Shown here piece by piece: positions 28,337 to 38,515 of a stretch of 60,930 nt of DNA. Source of the stretch: Acidimicrobiia bacterium (GTDB lineage Bacteria > Actinomycetota > Acidimicrobiia > Spongiisociales > JAHEDJ01); NCBI GenBank assembly GCA_029210695.1, contig JARGFH010000003.1, positions 62,001-122,930 of the forward strand. The letters run 5' to 3'. Both the position numbers and the translations under genes were made by a program. How positions within the stretch are numbered: the first letter of the stretch is position 1; the number at the start of each line of letters is the position of its first letter. The notes below the pieces were generated by a model that saw only the letters and a list, made by a program, of their open reading frames with translations, did no database searches and was not told the DNA's origin.

Positions 28337-28858
28337 GTGGCTCGCTCCTTTCTCGCTGTTGTGTTTCTCCTTGCCGCCTGTTCCGGCGAGGCCGCCTCGA
28401 CCACCGTCGCGCTCACCGCCGACACGACGACGACCTCTACGACGCCTGCGGTCTCGACCACGAGCCTCCCGACGCTCGAATCTTGCGACGACGTTCCCTA
28501 CCGGGCGCTGGTCGTTCCGGGGCGGGTGGCCGGAGCGGAGACCTCCCCGAAGGACCTGGGCAACGATCCGCTTACCGCGATTCCCGGGACTTCGTTGAAG
28601 CTGTGGGTAGACGCCGACTCTGCACCCGTCATGGCGCTGGTGCGCGGATCACTTCCGCCCGTAGCCTGGGCCGGTCCCACGGCGCGTATCGAGGTGGTGC
28701 GAGAGGATGCCGCGCTCGGTCCGCTGCCGGGTGATATCTGGGCGGTGGCCTGGTTTGAGAGCGAAGACCGCTGTGACCTGTACACCCTCATCCTATATCC
28801 GCCCACCTCAGCCGACGAAGCGCTCGAGGTGGCCGAGTCCCTGATCCCGGATCGATGA
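28337..28858 (+). CDS. Hypothetical lipoprotein
   Basis: Lipobox LAAC and Thr-rich linker; TAGGGT -10-like hexamer 6 nt before the GTG. Confidence 0.7.
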   Translation: MARSFLAVVFLLAACSGEAASTTVALTADTTTTSTTPAVSTTSLPTLESCDDVPYRALVVPGRVAGAETSPKDLGNDPLTAIPGTSLKLWVDADSAPVMALVRGSLPPVAWAGPTARIEVVREDAALGPLPGDIWAVAWFESEDRCDLYTLILYPPTSADEALEVAESLIPDR

Positions 28859-28862
28859 CGCG

Positions 28863-28894
28863 AGTCGGCCGGTGGTCGAAACCACCGGCCGACT
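28863..28894. terminator. Hairpin between convergent genes (bidirectional terminator)
   Basis: Perfect 14-bp stem AGTCGGCCGGTGGT-CGAA-ACCACCGGCCGACT. Confidence 0.7.
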
Positions 28895-28921
28895 AGTTCT
28901 TGCGTTGCTTCTACAGAGCCG

Positions 28922-29920
28922 TCATCCCATGGGCTCCGGTGGTGGCGCTTCCTCGCCCGCCTCGAAGACAGGAGAGCTCGCCGTTACCCGGCCTGCTTTG
29001 GCGACGCCGGCCGGCTCCACATCGACGAAGAGGTCCCGGATCGCTCCGATGCTCCCGAGGATGCCTGAGGTATCCAGCGGCAGGAAGATCTTCGTGGCCT
29101 GCCCGTCGGCGATACCTTGTAGCGCTTCCAGATAGCGGATGGCGATCAAGTCGGGAGTCGGGTCGCCATGGTGGATCGCACCGAACACTCGCTCGATGGC
29201 CTGTCCTTCACCTTCGGCAACCGTGAGCTTCTGGTACTTGTCGGCATCGGCCACTCGCTTGATGGCCTCTGCTTCACCTTCGGCTCGCAAGATCTGCGCT
29301 TCCTTGACACCCTCCGCTTTGAGGATGGCCGACCGCTTCTGACCCTCGGCCTCTGTAACCACCGCGCGACGGTCGCGCTCCGCCTTCATCTGACGGTGCA
29401 TGGCGTCGGTGACATCGGGTGGAGGCTCGATGCGTTGGATCTCGACACGGACCACGCGGGTTCCCCACTTGTCGGTGGCGACGTCGAGGATCGAGCGCAG
29501 TGTTGTGTTGATCAACTCGCGGGAGGTCAAAGCCTCGTCGAGTTGGAGATCACCGATGACGTTACGGAGGTTCGTTTGGGCGAGTTTGATGACCGCCTGG
29601 GCGAAGTTCTGTACGTTGTACGTCAGCTTCACCGGATCAGTCGCCTCGTAGTAGATGACCGCATCGACGGTGACCACCACGTTGTCTTTCGTGATGACCT
29701 CTTGGGGAGGTACGTCGATGACCCGTTCGCGCATGTCGACCTTGGTCATGCGCTTCACGAATGGCATCACCCAGCGAAGGCCTTCTCCGACGGTCCGCTG
29801 ATATCTGCCCAGGAACTCGATGAGTCCCTGCTCAAACGGGCGGACGACTTTGAGGCCGGTGGCGGCGATCACGATGGCCATCACGGCCAGGACTATCAGA
29901 AGTCCAATCAATGCCTCCAT
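28922..29920 (-). CDS. SPFH/stomatin-like (QmcA-like) membrane protein
   Basis: [47 protein letters not shown] repeats. Confidence 0.93.
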   Translation of the reverse strand: MEALIGLLIVLAVMAIVIAATGLKVVRPFEQGLIEFLGRYQRTVGEGLRWVMPFVKRMTKVDMRERVIDVPPQEVITKDNVVVTVDAVIYYEATDPVKLTYNVQNFAQAVIKLAQTNLRNVIGDLQLDEALTSRELINTTLRSILDVATDKWGTRVVRVEIQRIEPPPDVTDAMHRQMKAERDRRAVVTEAEGQKRSAILKAEGVKEAQILRAEGEAEAIKRVADADKYQKLTVAEGEGQAIERVFGAIHHGDPTPDLIAIRYLEALQGIADGQATKIFLPLDTSGILGSIGAIRDLFVDVEPAGVAKAGRVTASSPVFEAGEEAPPPEPMG

Positions 29921-30022
29921 AGCTACTTCCTTTCTGTGCGTTCGTGTACTTCAAACATCTCGACCGACGAGCGGCCCGGCGTCAATGGAGCACCACGGGT
30001 GCCTCCTGTGGGTCGGCGGGTG

Positions 30023-30835
30023 TCATGTCGTTTCATCCCTGGCCACTACCAAGCGCGATCCGGTGATCCGCTCGACGCGCACCTCAGATCCGGCTTCGAT
30101 GACCTCCCCGTCGCTGGTTGCTCGCCACTCCTCCGATTCCATTCTCACCATGCCGGATCCTGCATGCGGGTCGATCGTCTCGAGGACGATCGCTTTGGCA
30201 TGGAGGAAGCGATTACTCGCCACCGGGGTGGGCTCGAAGTCGTCCTGATGGTGGACGAACCGGCGCACATAGAGAAGCGAAATGATCGAAACCGCAAAGA
30301 ACGTGATCCACTGCACGGCCAGGCCGGTCTCGAACCAGGCGAGGAGGGCCGCCGCCCCCGCCCCAATGCCGAACGGCAGCAGGAAGAACCCCGCTGTGAA
30401 CATCTCACCGATGAGCATCACAACGGCGAGGATCGTCCAAACCCAGCGCCATACCTCGAAGTCCATTGCTTCATCTCCTTTTCCAACTACAAACCCAAGC
30501 GCCGTGATCGCCGCGACAATCAGTACATATGCCAGCAAGGCATACCGGGCGTTCCGACGTCGTTCAGAGTTTCCGCTCTTGACGTCCTGCCAGCTGGGCA
30601 GTTGGCCGGAGCGGTCCCGTTGTTCCGATGCCCACGCTTCGGCAAATGTGGCGATGTCCGGCCCCACGACCGTCGAGGGAGATTTCCCCTCACTCGTCGC
30701 CTCCAGAAGGTGTTGTTCCAGTTCAGTCCGCATCTCGTCGGCGGTTTTTCGTGGCACACGCGTCTGAAGCCAATAGCGTTCGCAGTCGGCGACGATCTCC
30801 GTCACTGTTCTATCGGTCGACACGTGCACCTCCAT
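30023..30835 (-). CDS. NfeD-family protein with an extra N-terminal helical domain (start uncertain)
   Basis: C-terminal IGEMFT.GFFLLPFG, GMVRMESEEWRA, G.EV.V..I.G.RLVV (OB fold); adjacent to the SPFH gene. Confidence 0.85.
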   Translation of the reverse strand: MEVHVSTDRTVTEIVADCERYWLQTRVPRKTADEMRTELEQHLLEATSEGKSPSTVVGPDIATFAEAWASEQRDRSGQLPSWQDVKSGNSERRRNARYALLAYVLIVAAITALGFVVGKGDEAMDFEVWRWVWTILAVVMLIGEMFTAGFFLLPFGIGAGAAALLAWFETGLAVQWITFFAVSIISLLYVRRFVHHQDDFEPTPVASNRFLHAKAIVLETIDPHAGSGMVRMESEEWRATSDGEVIEAGSEVRVERITGSRLVVARDETT

Positions 30836-31154
30836 TCAGCACCCGGTTGACGCCTTCCGTCAGTTCTTGCCACTCGGCCTTCCAGGTGGCGAGGCGTTCA
30901 TCGCCATCCGGGAGGATCCTGTAGTACTTGCGCCTCGGCCCTTCGGTCGATGCTACGAGGTAGCCCTCGATGAGCTCCTGTCGCTGGAGCCGGCTGAGCA
31001 GCGGGTAGATGCTGCCTTCGCTCGCCAGCGACAGTCCGCGCTCATGCAGTTTGCGGACCATTTCGTAGCCGTAGCTCGGCTCCTCGGCGATGATCGCCAG
31101 CAGGCACATGTCAAGCACGCCCTTGAGGAGTTGGGAGCTACGTTCGACGCTCAT
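30810..31154 (-). CDS. PadR-family transcriptional regulator
   Basis: QLLKGVLDMCLL, SYGYE, EGSIYPLL.RL, GPRRKYY. Confidence 0.93.
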   Translation of the reverse strand: MSVERSSQLLKGVLDMCLLAIIAEEPSYGYEMVRKLHERGLSLASEGSIYPLLSRLQRQELIEGYLVASTEGPRRKYYRILPDGDERLATWKAEWQELTEGVNRVLNGGARVDR

Positions 31155-31161
31155 CTTTTCA

Positions 31162-31209
31162 CTACCATGTAATGCAGTATAGCGGTCATTACCTTGCACT
31201 GCAAGATAG
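31162..31209. promoter_or_regulatory. Tandem putative PadR operators
   Basis: Two related 21-nt imperfect palindromes, CTACCATGTAATGCAGTATAG (31162-31182) and TTACCTTGCACTGCAAGATAG (31189-31209), just upstream of padR in an AT-rich patch. Confidence 0.6.
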
Positions 31210-31257
31210 CTGGTTGGTCGGGCCCGGAACTTTCTCCCACAGGCCATCAATCAGAAC

Positions 31258-31283
31258 GGTGCCGGCCCTTTCGGGCCGGCACC
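31258..31283 (-). terminator. Hairpin downstream of the protease gene
   Basis: GGTGCCGGCCC-TTTC-GGGCCGGCACC 11-bp stem. Confidence 0.6.
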
Positions 31284-31312
31284 ATCCCAGTGCCCAGACT
31301 CCTCGGTACGGT

Positions 31313-32902
31313 CTAGAAGTCCATGATGGCGACGAAAGTGGCCAGCGCTTGATCGAGAGCATCGAGATCGGCATCGGTTACCACCTGCATCTGAACGAGA
31401 ACCATGAAGGACCCGTCGGCAGGTTGGGCAGCAACGTTGACGATCGACGATTCGGTTCCACCGCAGGAATCCCAGACCTCCCACAGACCGGCGTACAAAC
31501 CGTCGTCGTATGCATCCCGACCGCCGCTGACACAAGAGTCGGGGAAGCCGTGGTAATCCAGCAAGTCCTCCATCGTCCACGTTTCACCGAGGGTTGTGGA
31601 CGCTCCGAAGAAGATTCCGGGTGTCGTCCACGTCCCGAAGTAGCCGTCGAGGTCCGGTGAGGCGAGAACCTGCACACCTACATCGGTGTCGGCGAGGCTC
31701 CAGATCCCGGATTGCTGGTCGGTCCACTCGATCGGTACATCGACGTAGAGTGAGAAGGAATCGTCCGAAATCTCCACGTATTCGGTGTAGATGTCACCGG
31801 TTGCGACGATCTCGTCGTCGAGTTCCGTGCTGAAGGAGAAGGCAACCTCGAGTTCATTCCCCGAGTTGAGTGTGCCGTCGAGGAACTCCCCTGTATCAGG
31901 CCGGTAGATCTCGATGGCAAACGGATCGGCAGAGTCGTGGGAGCGGAGAATGTCGCAGTAGTCGGCCATGGTCCCGTCGGTGGCGAGTACGAGGCCTTCG
32001 AGCAGAGTGACGACGTCGCCACCACGGATCCCGGCTTCGTGGGCCGGTGAACCAGACTCGACTGAAGCTACCCAGATGCCGGAGTAGCCGTCGCCGACAA
32101 TGGCCTGGCCGTTGATGCCGATCGATGTGACATCCGCACCGCCGCGCAGCGTGTCGAGCACCTTGAACGCTTCGGCCCGGCCGATGGCGTAGGTCTGACC
32201 ATCCGCGTCGCTGGCGTAGCTGACCGCCACAACCTTGCCATCCTTGGTTACTACGGGTCCACCAGAGTTGCCGGGAAGGATGTCGGCCGAGTGTTCGATC
32301 ACGTTGTCGACGGACGACCACCACGACTCTCCGTCGGCTCTCTCCTTGGAGACGATGCCGTCGAGCACTGTGTACTCCTCGGTTCCCAGCGGGAACCCGA
32401 TTGCGTAGATGTCCATCCCCGCAGTGACATCGCCGTCGAACCATTCGAGGTAGGGGTAGCCGTCACCGTCGATGTCGATCACGGCCAGATCGGAACACTC
32501 GGATACGCCCAAAATCTTGGCGTTGCGCGGTTCGGTCTCGCCCCCAACGTAGACCTGGAGAAAGGCGGCGCCGGTGACGACATGGTTGTTCGTGACGGCG
32601 ATTCCGGCCGGATCGATGATGAACCCGGAACCGCTACCGGCCGAGTTGAGCTGGGTTCCGTAGTCGGGATCGACGAACGTCCCGGAGGCGACGATGCGGA
32701 CTGTGGCTCCCTTGACATCCCCGAGCGTTCCTGCCGCCCCGGTTGTTGCCGCCGTCGTCGTGGTTTCAGCGGCTGTAGCCGATGTTGTGTCTGTGTCGGG
32801 CGTGGTAGCCACGGTCGTCTCGTCGCTGCTTCCCCCACAGGCGGCCAGGATCAAGGAAATGATCGAGGCGAAGACGACTACTCGTACGGCTGATGCTCTC
32901 AT
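31313..32902 (-). CDS. S1C (HtrA/DegP-like) serine protease lipoprotein with PDZ and an extra C-terminal domain
   Basis: Lipobox LAAC; GSGFII, TNNHVV, SDLAV and GNSGGP triad; SGSPA..AGIR.GD PDZ. Confidence 0.9.
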   Translation of the reverse strand: MRASAVRVVVFASIISLILAACGGSSDETTVATTPDTDTTSATAAETTTTAATTGAAGTLGDVKGATVRIVASGTFVDPDYGTQLNSAGSGSGFIIDPAGIAVTNNHVVTGAAFLQVYVGGETEPRNAKILGVSECSDLAVIDIDGDGYPYLEWFDGDVTAGMDIYAIGFPLGTEEYTVLDGIVSKERADGESWWSSVDNVIEHSADILPGNSGGPVVTKDGKVVAVSYASDADGQTYAIGRAEAFKVLDTLRGGADVTSIGINGQAIVGDGYSGIWVASVESGSPAHEAGIRGGDVVTLLEGLVLATDGTMADYCDILRSHDSADPFAIEIYRPDTGEFLDGTLNSGNELEVAFSFSTELDDEIVATGDIYTEYVEISDDSFSLYVDVPIEWTDQQSGIWSLADTDVGVQVLASPDLDGYFGTWTTPGIFFGASTTLGETWTMEDLLDYHGFPDSCVSGGRDAYDDGLYAGLWEVWDSCGGTESSIVNVAAQPADGSFMVLVQMQVVTDADLDALDQALATFVAIMDF

Positions 32903-33130
32903 TACGGCCTTCCCTATCAATAGGTTCGAACTCCCGACCCCGAGACGGGACGGGTGGGTTGTAGCTGGTTCCATGCTACGTATCGGCCAACAGATCCCGG
33001 TTCATTAGGACTCCGGGCTGTTTCGGGAGGAGCTTCTCGTCTCAGATCGCATGGTCCGGCAATTACGCACAGGGTCTCCTGCCCCGAAAACGGCGCGCAT
33101 CGCCCGGTTGGCTATGCCAGGCTGGTGGTC

Positions 33131-34138
33131 ATGCCCACCGTCGACGTTCAGGATCTCAAGAAGGTGTTCAAAGTGCCGGTGCGGGAGACCGGGCTGCGGA
33201 ATTCCTTGCGGTCGCTGTTCAAGCGCGAGCATCGGATGGTTGAAGCGGTCAAGGGGGTGAGCTTCTCGCTCGAGCCGGGTGAAATCGTCGGATTCCTTGG
33301 TCCGAACGGCGCAGGCAAGACCACCACCCTCAAGATGCTGTCCGGCCTGCTGTACCCCGACGGCGGCATGGCCCACGTGCTCGGGTTCAGGCCGGAGCGC
33401 CGCCAAGCGGAGTTCCTGCGCCGGGTGGCGCTGATCATGGGGAACCGCAACAGCCTGCAATGGGATCTGCCGGTGGCCGACTCCCTGGAGCTGCGTCGCG
33501 CCATTTACGAGGTCGACAGGGGAGATTTCGAGCAACGGAAGGATGCCTATGTCGAGATGCTCGATGTTGGCGGCCTCCTCACCAAGCCCGTCCGCAACCT
33601 CTCGCTGGGTGAGCGCATGAAGGTCGAGATTCTCGCCTCGCTCCTGCCACACCCGCAGGTGCTCTTCCTCGACGAGCCGACCATCGGGCTCGACATCACG
33701 ATGCAGAAGCGGATCCGGGAGTTCGTCGCCACGTACGCGGCCGCGACCGGGGCGAGTGTCTTGCTCACCAGTCACTACATGGCCGACGTCACCGCCCTCG
33801 CCGAACGCGTAATCGTCATCCATCGCGGGAGCATCCTGTTCGACGGCGATCTCGCCGGCCTCTCCGATCGGTTCACGGCCCACAAGACGATCGTGGTGGC
33901 GGTTGCCGGCGAGTTGGGGACGCTCACCCATCTCGGCAGGGTCCTGGAGCAGAACTCCTTCAAGGCCACGCTCGAGGTACCGAAGGAGGCGATAGCTTCG
34001 GTGGCTGCCCGGCTGCTGGCCGACTACTCGGTGACCGACCTCTCGATCGAAGATCCGCCCATCGAGGACGTCATCGAGCATGCGTTCGCCATCGGCGACG
34101 CCCAAGCGGCTGAAGAAGAAGAGGACGTCCGGTCGTGA
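33131..34138 (+). CDS. ABC-2 type transporter ATP-binding protein
   Basis: GPNGAGKTT, LSLGERMK, FLDEPTIGLD, TSHYMAD. Confidence 0.93.
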   Translation: MPTVDVQDLKKVFKVPVRETGLRNSLRSLFKREHRMVEAVKGVSFSLEPGEIVGFLGPNGAGKTTTLKMLSGLLYPDGGMAHVLGFRPERRQAEFLRRVALIMGNRNSLQWDLPVADSLELRRAIYEVDRGDFEQRKDAYVEMLDVGGLLTKPVRNLSLGERMKVEILASLLPHPQVLFLDEPTIGLDITMQKRIREFVATYAAATGASVLLTSHYMADVTALAERVIVIHRGSILFDGDLAGLSDRFTAHKTIVVAVAGELGTLTHLGRVLEQNSFKATLEVPKEAIASVAARLLADYSVTDLSIEDPPIEDVIEHAFAIGDAQAAEEEEDVRS

Positions 34139-34935
34139 GGAAGCTGGTCTCCGTCTATGCGGCGGAGATGAAGTTCGCAGTCGCCAATCAGATGCAGTAT
34201 CGGTGGGCCGCCTTCTTCAGCTTGACCGGGTTTCTCATCGAGCCGGTGGTCTACCTCGTGGTGTGGCGAACCGTCGCCGAACAAGGTGGCCCGATCGGCG
34301 GCTACGGCGTTGCCGAGTTCACGTCCTACTACATCGTGTGGACGCTGGTGAGGAACATGAACCTGGCGCTGGCTCCCGGCGCCTGGGACTACTGGATCCA
34401 GTCCGGCCGCATCTCAAACGACCTCATGCATCCGGTGGCCGTCTATCACCGGCAGCTGGCCGGCTTCGCCGGATTCAAGTTCGTCTGGATCTTGCTGTGG
34501 TTCCCGGTGGCAGCCGTCCTTTCGCTCATCTTCAAGCCGGAGCTCAGCCCTACATTGCTCCAGGGCCTCGTGTTCTTTGTGGCCATCTGGCTCGGCTACA
34601 TCATCAGATTCTCACTGCTGTTCCTGTTGGGGCTCATCAGCTTCTGGACGACGCGGGCCCAGGCTTTGATCGAGATCATGATCGGGGCGGAGTTGCTGTT
34701 GTCGGGTCGATTGGTTCCGCTGGCCGTTATGCCCGAATGGGTGGAGCGCCTGGCCGGTTGGCTCCCGTTTCAATGGACCTTCCAGTATCCGATAGAGGTG
34801 TTGATCGGACAGTTGAGCAATCGGGACGTTTTCATCGGCCTCGGCATGTAGTTCCTCTGGGTGGGGTTGATGGCAGGTGCCATCGTCCTGACCTGGCGGC
34901 GCGCAATCAAGCGCTACACGGCGGTGGGCTCGTGA
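34135..34935 (+). pseudogene. ABC-2 family permease interrupted by an in-frame TAG at 34849-34851
   Basis: The reading frame continues after the TAG as FLWVGLMAGAIVLTWRRAIKRYTAVGS-TGA, the typical last TM helix and YxAxG end. That TGA overlaps the next gene's GTG. Confidence 0.8.
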
Positions 34936-35717
34936 ACGGGTTCCGGCTCGCCGCGATGCACTGGAAGGTCGGCGCCATGCATGAACTCCAGTACCGGGTC
35001 AACTTCTTCCTCCAGTTGGTCGATTCGGCCATCCGTTTGGCAACGGGACTGGTGGCGATCTACCTCGTTTTCGCCCACATCGACAACCTGGCCGGCTGGA
35101 GTCGACATGAACTGCTGGCCGTCATGGGCATTCACATCCTGCTGTCCGGGATCGTGCGGACGTTCATCGAGCCGAATGTGTTTCAGTTCATCTACACGAT
35201 CGGCGAGGGCGAGTTCGACTACGTGCTGGCGCGACCGGTCGACTCACAGCTGATGGTGAGCATCCGCAACCTGCGGTTCTGGCAACTGGTGGATGTCGTG
35301 GTCGGCGCGGTAGTGATCGTTTGGGCGGTGAGCGGGATCGTCGAAACGACCTCCTGGTTCGAGGTGTTGGGATTCCTCGTAGCCGTGTTCTGCGGGGTGA
35401 TCATCCTCTACTGCATGTGGATGATCCTGGCTTCGGCTGCCTTCAAGTGGATTCGTGTTGACGACACGGCTCAACTGCTGAATGGTCTGTTCCAGGCGGG
35501 CCGCTGGCCGGTCACCATCTACCCCGGCTGGCTCCGATTGACCCTCACGTTCGTCGTTCCCCTGGCCTTTGCCATCACGGTCCCCGCCGAGGGCCTAACC
35601 TCGCGGCTCACCGGGGGAACGCTGGCCCTGACGGTGACCGTGACGGGAGTCATGCTCCTGGTCACCCGGGCCGCATGGCAGTACGGGGTGCGCCACTATT
35701 CGGGTGCCTCTGCCTGA
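34932..35717 (+). CDS. ABC-2 family permease
   Basis: QYRVNF, G.FDYVL.RP.DSQ, RWP..IYP.WLR, C-terminal RHYSGASA. Confidence 0.9.
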   Translation: MNGFRLAAMHWKVGAMHELQYRVNFFLQLVDSAIRLATGLVAIYLVFAHIDNLAGWSRHELLAVMGIHILLSGIVRTFIEPNVFQFIYTIGEGEFDYVLARPVDSQLMVSIRNLRFWQLVDVVVGAVVIVWAVSGIVETTSWFEVLGFLVAVFCGVIILYCMWMILASAAFKWIRVDDTAQLLNGLFQAGRWPVTIYPGWLRLTLTFVVPLAFAITVPAEGLTSRLTGGTLALTVTVTGVMLLVTRAAWQYGVRHYSGASA

Positions 35718-35822
35718 GCAGAAGTAGGAGCGGGTTACGTTTCTATTGCCCCAGCGGAGTGCCGAAGATGCCAGGCCGCTCAGTCGTATGGGCCCCTTGG
35801 GTGGCCCGGCGCCCTCGTCTCC

Positions 35823-36227
35823 CTACGCCTCGATCGGCTCGGCGCCCTCGCGTTCGAGTACCCGCCGCAGCTGATCCTTTTTCACGAGACCCGACGCTCG
35901 CCACCGCTGGGTTGCGACGACCCGGTTGCCGTTCGGCTTGCTCTTCTTCTTCTGACGCTCAGAAGTTGAAACGAGCACGAAGGTGGGGGTCGATCGGATC
36001 TTGAAGTGCTGGGCTGCGTCCGGCACGTTTGCCACGTTGGCCTTGACTACGTGGGCGTTCGAGCCGAACTCGTCGGCGATTTCGTCGACAATGCCGTCCA
36101 TCACTTTGCAGGGAGGGCAACCGAATTGAAAGAAGTCGATCAGCACTGGTTTGCCGGACGCGACCATCTCGTCGATTTGCGCGAGGGAGTTGGCTTGTAC
36201 GGCCTTTTGCCGACGTTTGAAGATCAT
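35823..36227 (-). CDS. Thioredoxin-family protein
   Basis: KPVLIDF...CPPCKVM and IRSTPTF (cis-Pro). Confidence 0.85.
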   Translation of the reverse strand: MIFKRRQKAVQANSLAQIDEMVASGKPVLIDFFQFGCPPCKVMDGIVDEIADEFGSNAHVVKANVANVPDAAQHFKIRSTPTFVLVSTSERQKKKSKPNGNRVVATQRWRASGLVKKDQLRRVLEREGAEPIEA

Positions 36228-36350
36228 GCGGGTTTCCTTGATGGTTTCGAGGATGGTCAACAATAACGAGCCCGCGATTATGCCCGGATTCCACCCGATA
36301 GCTGCAAACGGCGACTCGCGGCTCGCGTCTCGCGACTACCTTCTTCTCGC

Positions 36351-36755
36351 ATGAACGACTCCAAGACCATCGATCGTCTGCTCACCGATACGAAGACCTG
36401 GGCCGTTGTCGGGCTGTCAGCCAATCCTGATCGCGCTTCCTACCGGGTGGCTGTGCGGCTGCAGTCCATCGGGATGACGGTCGTTCCGGTCAATCCTTTG
36501 GAAGATGAGATCCTCGGTGAAAAGAGCTATCCCGATCTCGAATCGATTCCCTTCGAGGTAGATGTGGTGGACATCTTCCGTAGGTCTGAACTGGCCGGCG
36601 CCCACGTTGATGAGGCAATCACTATCGGTGCTAGGGCCGTCTGGATGCAGCTCGACGTGATCGACGAAGAGGCGGCCGTCCGGGCAACGGATTCGGGACT
36701 TGATGTCGTGATGGACCGCTGTCCGGCGATCGAGCTCAGACGCAGGGGTCGTTGA
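36351..36755 (+). CDS. CoA-binding protein (YccU-like)
   Basis: WAVVGLS.NP.R.S, VPVNP, VDVVDIFR, AVWMQL, VMDRCP.IE. Confidence 0.92.
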   Translation: MNDSKTIDRLLTDTKTWAVVGLSANPDRASYRVAVRLQSIGMTVVPVNPLEDEILGEKSYPDLESIPFEVDVVDIFRRSELAGAHVDEAITIGARAVWMQLDVIDEEAAVRATDSGLDVVMDRCPAIELRRRGR

Positions 36756-36758
36756 TCG

Positions 36759-36935
36759 CTAGAGGTCTTCCGGTCCTTCGATGTCATCGTGAACGATATC
36801 GAACCGGTCCATGCAGTCCTCACACCGGTAAATCAACTGATCGCCGGGTTCGTATTCCCGGTCGGGCGGGGCGAAGCTGATGAGATGGGCGCGACCTCCG
36901 CACTCAACGCAGACGATGATCGGCGCGGGTTCCAT
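36759..36935 (-). CDS. 58-aa Zn-ribbon-like small protein (not in the supplied ORF track)
   Basis: MEPAPIIVCVECGGRAHLISFAPPDREYEPGDQLIYRCEDCMDRFDIVHDDIEGPEDL*. Two CXXC pairs; fills the gap between nhaA and the CoA-binding gene; TACCGT hexamer 6 nt before the ATG. Confidence 0.75.
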   Translation of the reverse strand: MEPAPIIVCVECGGRAHLISFAPPDREYEPGDQLIYRCEDCMDRFDIVHDDIEGPEDL

Positions 36936-36954
36936 ACCTCAACGGTAGCGACAG

Positions 36955-38352
36955 CTAGAGGCGGATGGTGGCAGGATCTTCGACCGCGTTGTCGATCCCG
37001 GTGGATGGTTTCATCCGACGGAGCAGCCAGTAGCCGGCAATGCCTGCCAGGAGCGAACCCAGGAAGATCCCCGTCTTGGCTCGATCGGTCAGTGTCGGGT
37101 CGTCGAATGCCAGGCTCGCCACGAACAGAGCGACCGTGAATCCGATTCCGGCGAGAAGGGCGAGACCCCAAACGTGTGCTCTCGTCGTGCCGGCCGGAAG
37201 CTTTCCGATATTGAACTTCACCGCTGCGAAGGTAAACAGCGTGATCCCGAACATCTTGCCGAAGAGGAGTCCGAAACCTACTCCGAGAGCAACGGGATGG
37301 GTGATGGCATCGACGAGGTCGACCCCGGCGAATCGAACGCCTGCATTGGCCAGAGCGAAGATCGGAACGACAACAAACGAACTCCACGGCAGCAACTTGT
37401 GCTCGAGTCGCGTGAGTGGTGCCATCGACTCGTGTGCAACAGAGATGATTTGGCCGGCCTCGTAGTCGACGTGCTCCCTGGCGGCCTGAGTGGTGGCTCG
37501 AGCCGGGTACACATCGAGGATACGGCGGGATTTGTTGTCGAACTCATCGCTCGAGAACAGTGGACGCGCCGGGGTCATGAGACCGAGCGCGACGCCGGCC
37601 AGGGTGGCGTGCACCCCGGACTCGAGGAGGCAGAACCAGGCAACGACTCCGGCCGGTATGTAGAACACCATGCTCCTGACGCCCGAGCGCTTTGAAGCCT
37701 CGATGACGACGAGCGTTCCGATGGCCGCCCCCAACCATCCGAGGTTCATGTCGTCGGTATAGAAGACCGCAATGACCGTGATGGCGCCTATGTCGTCTGC
37801 AATCGCCAGGGCCAGCAAGAAGAGCTTGGCTCCGGTCGGTACTCGCGAACCGAGCAGCGCCACCACACCAACTGAAAAGGCGATGTCGGTGGCCATCGGG
37901 ATACCCCAGCCGTTCATCGCTTCGCCGCCTGTGCCCCACACGAAGCCGATGTAGATCAGCGCCGGTACGACCATTCCTCCGAGTGCGGCGATCGCCGGCA
38001 GGGCGGCCGCCTTCGGGTCCCGCAACTCGCCGACGACCAGTTCGCGTTTGATCTCGAGTCCAACGACGAAGAAGAACAGCACCATGAGTCCGTCGTTGAC
38101 GAAGTGCTGGAGGCTCTCGTCGAAATGGAACCACTCCCCGATCTGGAAGGTGAGGTGCGTTTCTTCCCAAAACGTGGCGTACGTCTCACCGAATGGAGCA
38201 TTTGCCCAGATCAAAGCGACGGCCGCCGCGATGAGAAGGATGATCCCGGAGGCAGCTTCCGTCTCCGTGAATCGAATGACCGGCTGCATGAACCGGCGCG
38301 GGACGAACCGGTCCGAATGAAGCCAGGTTGGGTATACGCGTTCATCGTCCAC
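36955..38352 (-). CDS. nhaA: Na+/H+ antiporter NhaA
   Basis: VNDGLMVLFFFVVGLEIKRE, GWGIPMATDIAF, LAIADD, ESGVHAT, LAGIGFT; probable GTG start at 38352. Confidence 0.95.
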   Translation of the reverse strand: MDDERVYPTWLHSDRFVPRRFMQPVIRFTETEAASGIILLIAAAVALIWANAPFGETYATFWEETHLTFQIGEWFHFDESLQHFVNDGLMVLFFFVVGLEIKRELVVGELRDPKAAALPAIAALGGMVVPALIYIGFVWGTGGEAMNGWGIPMATDIAFSVGVVALLGSRVPTGAKLFLLALAIADDIGAITVIAVFYTDDMNLGWLGAAIGTLVVIEASKRSGVRSMVFYIPAGVVAWFCLLESGVHATLAGVALGLMTPARPLFSSDEFDNKSRRILDVYPARATTQAAREHVDYEAGQIISVAHESMAPLTRLEHKLLPWSSFVVVPIFALANAGVRFAGVDLVDAITHPVALGVGFGLLFGKMFGITLFTFAAVKFNIGKLPAGTTRAHVWGLALLAGIGFTVALFVASLAFDDPTLTDRAKTGIFLGSLLAGIAGYWLLRRMKPSTGIDNAVEDPATIRL

Positions 38353-38515
38353 GAACGAGGAGGCTACCAAGGTTCGCGGACGAGTCCGTTCGTCGGTCGG
38401 GTAGTCGGGGAGCGCGCGCTGATCGCGCTCTCCGGTGGGCTGGTGGTGCCAATCCACCTCGGAGCGGGTGGGATGGCCGGAGAGATCTCGCGGCCGGCAA
38501 CGAGCCAGGGTGAGA

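Noticed and set aside
29168..30850. 560-aa plus-strand ORF (and similar long ORFs at 416-1183, 33005-34105, 46889-47995, 51518-52891)
   Set aside because: Antisense shadows of well-supported genes in GC-rich DNA, with no recognisable motifs.
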